A DNA stretch of 64,000 bases, taken from assembly GCF_006345805.1 (NCBI RefSeq), contig NC_043013.1, positions 18,228,001-18,292,000 of the forward strand, in the 5' to 3' direction. The translations under genes and the position numbers were made by a program. Below, one piece after another: positions 55,126 through 64,000 of the stretch (position 1 is the stretch's first letter; each line of letters begins with the position of its first letter). The notes beneath the pieces were generated by a model. The model made no database searches. It worked only from the letters and a program-made list of their open reading frames with translations, and was not told where the DNA came from. The DNA is from Octopus sinensis. Lineage: Eukaryota.

Positions 55126-55430
55126 AAGCACCATCCGTATGTGGCCGATGCCAGTGCCGCCTTGACTGGCTTCCATGTCAGTGGCATGTAAAAAGCACCA
55201 ACCGATCGTGGTCGTTTGCCAGCCTCCTCTGGCCCCGGTGCCGGTGGCACAAAAAAAGCACCCACCACTACACTCGCAGAGTGGTTGGCATTAGGAAGGG
55301 CATCCAGCTGTAGAAACACTGCCAAATCAAACTGGAGCCTGGTGAAGCCTCCTGGCTTCCCAGACCCCAGTTGAACCATCCAACCCATGCTAGCATGGAA
55401 AAACGGACATTAAACGATGGTGATGATGAT
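55125..55430 (+). mobile_element. RTE 3'-UTR/tail fragment
   Basis: Matches the 3' end of the LINE at 1-1710. Confidence 0.9.
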
Positions 55431-55687
55431 ATATAAATGCTTATTTTGTATGTCAAGTTATATATAAAAGCAATTTAACATTAAATTGAAGACTTGCTCG
55501 TTACTATTCAGTAGAGTATATGTTTATTAAACTCATACAAGAAGAGAGAGTGACAGTGACTTTGAAGTTTCAACCTGCTAGCCTTTGTCACATGCATACA
55601 CACACACACACATTAATATTAATGATAATAAAGGGTAAGGAGATTTGTACATCCACACAACTTATTTTATATGCAACATAACATAAT

Positions 55688-55771
55688 GACCTACACATGT
55701 TTCTGCTGCAGTGACTACCCACTATTGCAAACGCAACCTTGCAATATTGTTGGTACAGCTTCATCAGGGTC
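55688..55771 (-). ncRNA. Type-I hammerhead motif at the Penelope 3' end
   Basis: Stem I GACC/GGTC, CTGATGA, stem II GCTGTA/TGCAGC with inner TATTGCAA/TTGCAATA, GAAA, palindromic stem III ACATGT, GUA triplet. An A-A mismatch sits at the base of stem II. Confidence 0.65.
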
Positions 55772-56140
55772 TGTCCATTTGGTTATCCTTGAAGTGAACT
55801 GATTGAAGTAAATTTTTGTTCTTCTGGGGGAGGTAGGGGTGTTGTTATTTCCAGTGCTGTTGACCTCAACTTCACCCAAGTTGCTGACGTTAGGCCTTGG
55901 TCTTAAAATAGGTTAGGGTTGAGATTATTGCTTTTGTAAGACTCTTTGTTCATTTTAATGGTTGTATGCGTAATGTCTTTGATTTTGAGTGCAGTGCTTG
56001 CATTGAAAAGTTCACATTTGTTTATATTCATTTTTTGGTTGGGCTGCTCATGATTTGTGTTATATATTACTTTTACTTTGATACTTTGATAGGTTTCGGC
56101 CATTATTGGCCCAGGCCATGTCTAACTTAATAGCACCACC

Positions 56141-56248
56141 TGGGCAGGGTATTTATTTTTGGGCAGGGTATTTATATTGGGCAGGGTATTTATATTTATA
56201 TTTGGGCAGGGTATTTATATTTATATTGGACAGGGTATTTATTTTTTT
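56141..56248. repeat. Minisatellite, 5 x GGGCAGGGTATTTAT(ATTTAT)
   Basis: Directly visible; lies in the Penelope 3'UTR. Confidence 0.9.
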
Positions 56249-57317
56249 TATTATTAATGCTGATTATTATATATTTTTATGTTTAGGCTACATTATTCTA
56301 CTTGTTATATCAAGCTCAATTCTTGCTGGGCTGTTGGCTTTCTAGAATTATCTCTATATCTCTTAAAGGTCCCACCGTGTTTGTGCAAACATCTTAGGGC
56401 TTGTTCGCATTTTGTATTAATGTGCATCTTGATGTAAATATTGGATAAAGTTCCTCTACGCAGAAGTTGCATCTATTTCCCCTTACTTGATAAGGCTTAG
56501 CAGTATTAATTAGTTGTCAATAAATAGCTTAGCTATTGTTTTAGTCTTTATTTGACCAAATTAGTTTACTTAGTCTTGTATTACTTATTTATGAAAAAAG
56601 AGAGCTGGCCCCTATATAAAACTAGTCCCTTTTCTCTGAGGTAACTTTGCATCTACAGACTAGGTTCTTAGTTTTACATTTTGAGTTCAGTGGGCATGCT
56701 ATATCTCTAGCACAGTCGCATAGACCTGTTTGTCTATTTCTATGATTTATTGTGTTATTGACTTCACTAGAAGTCTCTCCTGTTCTTTCTTCTTCAGGTC
56801 CAGAATTATTTCTTCCAAGGTCAACTTTGCCTCTCATTCAAGGTTTCAAGGTCGACAAATTAAGTACTAGTGAAACACTGGGGTCAATGTAATTTAGTCA
56901 TAGCTTCCTGCCACTACATTTCAGGCTTTGTGCCTATAGTAGAAAGGGTTATTGCTGAATTCCCTATGGCTATTAATTTTGGTGCTGCTCTTTCTAGCAG
57001 TTTGTCTTTCTATGCCTGTGAAAGAATTTGTTAGGGTTGCTTCCACACTCTATATTGTTAGTATTTATTCCTGTTACTCAAGTTCAGACTCTTTATTATT
57101 ATAAATATATATACTCCAGACAATTTTTATCATCCAATGTTGAGTACACAGATTTACCCATTGGAAAAATTCACTGAGTGACTAACAACTAAATGTAGAC
57201 AAGGACGTTAGATACTGATTGTTATGGTTAGCTGTTAACTGGGACCTAACTGAGAGCTAATATGGTATCCTTCTAGATAACATATCCTTCCAAACTCATA
57301 TATATATATATATATAT

Positions 57318-59310
57318 CATCATCATCATCATCATCATTTAGCGTCCGTTTTCCATGCTAGCATTGGTTGGACGGTTCTACTGGGTCTGTGAAGCCAGAA
57401 GCTTCATCAGGCCCAGTCAAATCTGGCAGTGTTTCTACGGCTGGATGCCCTTCCTAAGCCACCACTCCGTGAGTGTAGTGGGGTGCTTTTACGTGCCACC
57501 CCCCACTGTGCCAGACAGAGATGGCAAACGCCACGAACGGATTGTGCTTTTTAGTGTGCCACCGGCACGAGGGCCAGGCGTTAGGCTGGCAACGGACACG
57601 AAACGGGGCGTGCTGGCAACGGTCGCGAAACGGAAAGTTCTTTTACATGCCACCGGCACTGGTAACACATCTGCAATTTCCATTGATCGATTTCCATTGA
57701 TCGATTCGATGCTGATCAACTTGCCTCAATGGGTCTTCACAAGCAGAGTTTCGACATGCCACCGGCACTGGTAGCACATCCGCAATTTCCATGATCGATT
57801 TCAATTTGATCCTCACTTGCCTCAACACGTCTTCACAAGTAGAGTTTTGTGTCCCAAGAAGGGAAGGTATGCATACGTAGGCTGGCTCCATCCCATGTAG
57901 AAGGCCACGGGTTGTGGACTCACTTGTCCTGCCGGGTCTTCTCGCGCACAGCACACTTCCAGAGGTCTCGGTCTCTAGTCATTTCCTCAGTGAGACCTAA
58001 AGTTCGAAGGTCGTGCTTCACCACCTCGTCCCAGGTTTCCTGGGTCTGCCTCTTCCACAGGTTCCCTCAACCGCTAGGGTGTGGCACTTTCACACAACTA
58101 TCTTCATTCCATTCTCGCCACATGACCATACCAGCGCAAACGTCTCTCTTGCACCCAAACTGATGCTTCTTAGGTCCAGCTTTTCTCTCAAGGTTACTTA
58201 CACACACTCTGCCGAGTGTGAGTACCGGCATTACACATCCATCGGAGCATACTGGCTTCATTTCTAGCGAGCTTACGCATATCCTCAGCAGTCACGGCCA
58301 TGTTTCACTGCCATGTAGCATGGCTGTTCGTACACACGCATCATACAGTTTGCCTTTCACTCTGTGCGAGAGGCCTTTTGTCACCAGCAGAGGTAAGAGC
58401 CTCTGAACTTTGCCCAAGCTATTCTTACTCTAGCAGTTACACTTTCAGCACACCCCCCCCGCTGCTGACTTGGTCACCTAGGTAACGGAAATATCAACTA
58501 TTTCTAGTTTTTTCTCCCTGGAAAGTGACGGAAGTTGGTCTCAGAGCATTTTCAGTGTTTATTGTTCCTGAGCATCTGCCACATACAAAAACCATCTTCG
58601 AGTTAGCCTTCCTTTGACATTGCCTGCATCTCTTATGTGTCCATAGCTTACACTTGGTGCATCTTATAGAGTTTCTACCTACACCTTTTCTACAGATCGA
58701 GCAGGGCCATCTACCTGAAGTTGTTTGTGATTTGTCTACCTTCCTACTGATTACGACTTTGGTTTTAGCTAGATTGACTCTGAGGCCCTTCGATTCTAAT
58801 CCTTGTTTCCACACCTGAAACTTCTCCTCCAGTTCTGATAGCGACTCAGCAATTAGAGCAAGGTCATCAGCATAGAGGAGCTCCAAGGCATCCTGTCTTG
58901 AATTCCTCCGTTATTGCCTGGAGGACTATGATAAATAGGAGGGGGCTGAGTACTGAGCCTTGGTGGACCCCTACCTCTACCCGGATAATTCTTCACTGTA
59001 CTCTTTCCAACCTCACCCTACTAGCGGCGTCCCTATACATGGCCCGCACAGCTCTCACTAACCATTCATCTATCCCTAGTTTTCCTCATTGCCCACCAGA
59101 TAAGGGATCGGGGACCTTCCTGTCGAAGGCTTCTCTCCATGTCAACAAAAGCCAGGTACAGGGCTTACTTTGGCTAGGTATTTCTCCTGCAGCTGCCTTA
59201 CCAGGAATATAGCATCAGTAGTACTTTTCCCTGGCACAAACCCAAACTGCATCTCATCGCTCTAAACTAACTCTCTCTCTAATTAGTTGGGCTATGACCC
59301 TCTCCGTAAC
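57318..59310 (-). mobile_element. RTE LINE, 5'-truncated ~2-kb copy inverted relative to 1-1710
   Basis: ELLYADDLALIAES, Cys-rich finger, C-terminal domain, 3'UTR and (GAT)n tail; many 1-2-nt frameshifts. Confidence 0.95.
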
Positions 59311-59556
59311 CTTCATCACTATATATACATGATGGGTTCTTTCGTTTCCATCTGCCAATCCATTCACAACTCTTTGGTACCAGGAATATAGCATCAGTAG
59401 TACTTTTCCCTGGCACAAACCCAAACTGCATCTCATCTAAACTAACTCTCTCTCTAATTAGTTGGGCTATGACCCTCTCCGTAACCTTCATCACATATAT
59501 ATACATGATGGGGTTCTTTCAGTTTCCATCTGCCAAATCCATTCACAACTCTTTGG
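59199..59556 (+). repeat. Local tandem duplication (2 x 179 bp) spanning the RTE/SINE junction
   Basis: taccaggaatatagc...cacaactctttgg occurs twice; the differences are indels. Confidence 0.9.
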
Positions 59557-60011
59557 TTGGCCTGAGGCTATAGTAGAAGACACTTGCCCAAGAATATTGA
59601 TGATGATGCCTCGTAGCCCCAATGGCCACACTTCTGTTACAAACCAACCCCAACTTAATAATAAACAAGGAATGAGAAAAAAACGGTTGACCAGGAGGGT
59701 GCTGGTCAAGCCAAACTCAACTTACCCATCTTCATCAGCATTTGGTGGCCTTTGTTATCTTCTCCGATCCTTTGGTCAAACATGGGAGGCTGCAAGAAGT
59801 TTTCACCGCCAAAGTTTGGAGGAGATATTATATATATATATATAAAGAGAGAGAGGAGAGAGAGAGAGAGAGGAGAGAGAGAGGAGAGAGAGAGGAGAGA
59901 GACAGACAGAGAGGGTAACTGCATTTAATATCCATCCTGATCTATATTTGCATACTTTAAGGTGAACTCTGTGTGGCTGTGTGTGTGTGAGTGTGTGTAT
60001 GTGTGTGTGTG

Positions 60012-60048
<37 letters not shown>

Positions 60049-60051
60049 ATG

Positions 60052-60103
<52 letters not shown>

Positions 60104-60201
60104 GAGATGACTAAGGACTGAGATATTTGGCACATTGCTGTACTCAAGAAAATCCAACCCATGCCAGCATGTAAAACAGATGTTAAATGATGATGATGAT
60201 G

Positions 60202-60236
<35 letters not shown>

Positions 60237-60610
60237 TTGTAAATTATCAGTAAATTGTCCATAAATCAGAAAAATAGCACATTCAGTATGAGTAATAGAG
60301 GAGTTATATTTTTATATATCACCATTTGTGTTTCATACTAAGGGTATACACAGTTAGAAGGCATGATGCTGTGGAGTTGTCTGAGATAAAATCCCTTCAT
60401 AGACTGTTGTTTTAAAAAGAAACAATATATATTGGAGTGAGGCAAACATTCACTGCTGTGACTTACAAGAATGACAGACACATTTCCCATTTGCTGAGTC
60501 TTGTTAATGCCATGCACCTGTTTAAACAAAATTCATGCTTTGAATAAAGGGCTGAAGTTCCAGACCTTGGAAAATGAATGGTCGAGACTGCAAAGAGTTA
60601 AAATCCAAAA

Positions 60611-61114
60611 TCTATATATATAAAACTCTAGTTGTGTGAGTGTCTGTCCCCTTCGATTTAGATTCCTAACTCCTCCCACATTTTGCGGTGCAGTTTAACC
60701 AAATTCGGGTATCTTATAGTCGTGATTCATATCGAGCCCGTCTGACTATTAGCGCGCGTCAACGATGAGTCTACGATTTTAAAAATAATTTAACATTATT
60801 TTTTATTCCATTTTAATGCATAAAAGCATCGTATGTCGATGGCGGCGGAGTTGGCGTCCACGCTCACAGCTGCACCTGTTTGCTTCTCCCCCTTCCCTCC
60901 CTCGTGAAGCTGTGGGAAGGGAGTGTAAAGAAATCAACGTCGTAATGCGTTGTGAAGGAAACCAGCGTTCTTTTAGAGCAACGACTTCATGGCTTGAAGA
61001 CACCAAAACAAAAATGGCTAAGAAAGCCCGAATTTATAAGGGAAGTAACTCTCTAAAAATGCTTATATAGTTATTTCCCTTACAAACCCGAGCAACGCCG
61101 GGCGATACTGCTAG
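60611..61114 (+). mobile_element. Non-autonomous Helitron, CpG-intact
   Basis: A|TCTATATA...CCCGAGCAACGCCGGG (hairpin)...CTAG|T. Confidence 0.8.
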
Positions 61115-61202
61115 TATTTAATAAAAGAGAACATATACTGACATTGTCACCTAGTCAGTGAACTCCCTTGATCTTTCCAACTGGAGTATGTAGGAACTCC
61201 AT

Positions 61203-61690
61203 TTTGGAAGCACTCCATCGGTTACGACGACGAGGGTTCCGGTTGATCCGATCAACGGAACAGCCTGCTTGTGAAATTAACGTGTAAGTAGCTGAGCACC
61301 CCACAGACACGCGTACCCTTAACGTAGTTCTCGGGGATATTCAGCGTGACACAGAGAGTGACAAGGCCGGCCCTTTGAAATACAGGTACAACAGAAACAG
61401 GAAGTAAGAGTGAGAGAAAGTTGTGGTGAAAGAGTACAGCAGGAATCACCACCATCCCTAGCCTTCGAATGACGCCACCCCGCTGGCTAAGCAAGCAGGC
61501 CAACAGAAGAAAGAATGGGAGAAAGAGTGGTGAAAGAGTACAGCAGGGATCACCACCCCCTGCCGGAGCCTCATGGAGCTTTTAGGTGTTTTCGCTCAAT
61601 AAACACTCACAACGCCCGGTCTGGGAATCGAAACCGCGATCCTACGACCGCGAGTCCGCTGCCCTAACCACTGGGCCATTGCGCCTCCAC
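61203..61690 (-). mobile_element. Young tRNA SINE (GTGGAGGCGCAATGG head), internal duplication, 11-bp TSD
   Basis: TSD AGGAACTCCAT at 61192 and 61691; intact A and B boxes. Confidence 0.92.
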
Positions 61691-62287
61691 AGGAACTCCA
61701 TCAATAACACTATGTAACGTGATCTTTGTCCTTGGGTAGCAACTGTTATTTCCGATTTGCTTATCCCCAGAAAGTATAAAAATAGCAAATACTTCTTTCA
61801 AACTTTGCTTTTGTTTCATTTATTCAAACCCCAAAGAATCCCTCTCAACACATGGCTATGATGTTCTCCCACTACTCCTGCCCATGATCAGAGATGCACA
61901 TACTGTCAGCCACCCAGGGACATGGTCAAGCAACTGACAAGTAAATCTGTATGTATTGAGCAGAATATTTGCTGCAATGATATTTCTGCTTCAGCAACTC
62001 AGAACTGAACCTGTCTGAAATGTAATGGAAAATAGGTCAGTTTTAAAACATTGATGTCCAGGTAGTAAAAGCAAAGTTTGAAGGGAACAGTAGTCATTTC
62101 CTTTGCTTTCTAGATAGAAGCAAATAAGAAATAACACTTACTGCCAAAGACAAAAAAACAAAACAAAACAAAAATGTTATACAGTGTAATAAATACTGAA
62201 TGACAATAATTGGTTAAGTTCAGAAGACATACAGTGGAATATTTGGCAGACTAACTGAAAGCCAGAACTTTAAATATAACGAATGTC

Positions 62288-63237
62288 TAACTTTTTTATA
62301 ACCACACTTCTGTTAACCTACATTGCCTGTCTTTCAATTCAGCTTGAAAATAATGAAGAATTTAGTAAAAGACTTTATTATTTCAGCTGATATTTGAAAC
62401 ATAATTTAACAATTTTGATGCAAAGTTTAAATTTTGATCATTTAAATCAGGAAATTTGTATTACAGGACCAGAGCTGGTCTCAGGTGGGTTGATATCAAA
62501 AAGGTTAATACTTTTGTTACCATATTTCTGTTGAAATATACTACCTTTGTTTCAATTAATTTTGAACATAATGAAAAATTTAGAAAAAAAAAAATAATAA
62601 ATGTCATTATTATGTTGGTGAATGGCTCATAAATTAATATGAAATTTTAATGGAAGATTTAATTAAGATCACTTTAAAATAGGCAACTTTTACCATAAGA
62701 CACAGGTGGGTTAGTATCAAATAGGTTAAGAGCTGTTGTTTAAACACACACTGCTAAATTTTGGAAAAAGCTTCCAGCAATTACTGGATTGCTTTTTTTT
62801 TTAAAATTTCCTTACATAGTGCATCCAGGGATACATTATCTAATGTGCTCTTCTCTTTTTAAGGCAGTTAACGAGTGTCATTAACCCTCTCATTGCCATA
62901 TTTTTGTTGAAATACATTGCCTTCATTTCAAATAATTTAGAAAATAATGAGGTCTAATAATGAGTAAAATAACTGTCATTATTAAGCTAGTGTAAGGCAA
63001 CATTTTGTCTGTCTTTATGTTCTGAGTTCAAATTCTGCCAAGATCGACTATCTGTCATCCTTTTGGGGGTTGATAAAATAAGTATCAGTTGAGTACAGGG
63101 GTTAATGCAATCGACTTAATCCCTCCCTTGTAGTTGCTGACCTTGTACCAAAATTTGAAACCATTATTAAGCTGGTGTTAGGATCATAAACATGAAATTT
63201 TAGATCACAGAAGCAGGGTTGGTATCAAAAGAGTTAA
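62288..63237. mobile_element. Three decayed ~220-bp TTAA-bounded MITE units; a SINE (62994-63161, 17-bp TSD) sits in the third
   Basis: TTAACCCT... / ...AAGGTTAA ends; units 1 and 2 share a TTAA; TSD CATTATTAAGCT(A/G)GTGT. Confidence 0.65.
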
Positions 63238-63553
63238 GGGAGATTTGGTTGCTATTCCTAGCAAGTAAAGTAACCCTATATAGAACCATGTTGGCTGCAG
63301 GCATTGTTAGCAGTAGGCATATCCATATGATGAAGTGGATAAAGTGTTGGGATGGCAGATCAAAAGATGTAATCGATAGTTTTTGTAATGTAGCTGATCT
63401 AATTAGAGCCATACATAGCTGTGGTGGTTGTTTATGATGTTCTATGAAGGGAGAAGTCAACCAGATGTTGTTGTTATTTAACAGATCTATGATAGGTTCA
63501 GTCCCACTGTATGGCACCTTGACAAGAGTCTTCTACCATAGTATAATAGCCTA

Positions 63554-63920
63554 TCAAAAGTATTTGCAGATGGAAACTATGTAGAAGCCTGTCACATAGG
63601 GGTCTACAATAATATCAAGTGAGAAATAATTTTTTTCCTTAGTATTGATGGATTGCATAAGTTTCCAATTGACAACCTGGACGGTTTCATTCTTTGGTGC
63701 AAGTATGGCTCTTTCACAAAGCCAATCATGTTCTTGAAAATTATGTTCAATGTTTGGGTAAACCTTGGTAATCAACTCTTCTACAGTTTTGACCAAAATG
63801 CCATAGCCATTTGGAAATGTGATGTCTCCATTGTCTTGCTGAGTGCTTCCATTTCCCAGATCCAATAGCTGAGCTGCAAATCTTCCAGCATTCAAATCTC
63901 TGAATAAACTGACTCTGCCG
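63554..63920 (-). mobile_element. Helitron PIF1-like helicase fragment
   Basis: FAAQLLDLGNG...LITKVYP...WLCERAILAPKNETV, characteristic of the RepHel helicase C-terminal region. Confidence 0.9.
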
Positions 63921-64000
63921 AAAGTCCAATTTGGTTGGAAGTCTGATCAGGCTTAAAGTCCGATCTGGTTGATTTGGGCGGAAGTCTGATTTGGGTTGAA
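63910..64000. repeat. ~19-bp minisatellite (AAGTCYGATYTGG core) running off the window end
   Basis: Four visible units. Confidence 0.6.

Larger units (their letters stand above)
55680..57200 (-). mobile_element. Penelope-like retroelement 3' remnant (GIY-YIG endonuclease, 3'UTR/pLTR)
   Basis: CDC...CPLNSKCKTKNLV, then FYIGAS in frame after a stop, then AKPY...RCNFCVEE. A SINE fragment is inserted at about 56810-56950. Confidence 0.8.

Noticed and set aside
61605-61690. tRNA gene
   Set aside because: A and B boxes are present, but the sequence continues into a SINE body and is flanked by a TSD. The same applies at 45693 and 47053.
63200-63517. 105-aa ORF next to the Helitron fragment
   Set aside because: No recognisable motif, its 3' end runs into a MITE, and there is no convincing donor site.

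Overview
Eukaryotic, AT-rich DNA that is dense in repeats and microsatellites. The repeat complement suggests an octopus or other coleoid cephalopod (inference, not database-verified): RTE LINEs with (GAT)n tails, several tRNA-headed SINE families, and many decayed mariners. There is no prokaryotic system, CRISPR array, rRNA or genuine tRNA gene. Most entries in the ORF track are microsatellite or transposon artefacts. Contents: (1) Small minus-strand exons of an unrecognised protein-coding gene, with chained splice phases. A start cluster lies at 28.9-31.6 kb and a downstream cluster at 1.9-14.7 kb; whether they are one gene is unresolved. (2) Decayed transposons: RTE, mariner, Gypsy, Penelope (GIY-YIG), Helitron, and a 1.8-kb Academ-like transposase remnant. 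(3) The most notable signal: type-I hammerhead ribozyme folds. One pair sits back-to-back in the two arms of a 408-bp foldback element at 4.5-4.9 kb, one lies at the 3' end of the Penelope remnant (55.7 kb), and several relics are scattered through the window. Also notable: one SINE family is almost entirely in a single orientation, SINEs sharing a head carry different tails, and two short tandem duplications may be assembly artefacts. Coordinates of decayed repeats are approximate because they were read by eye.
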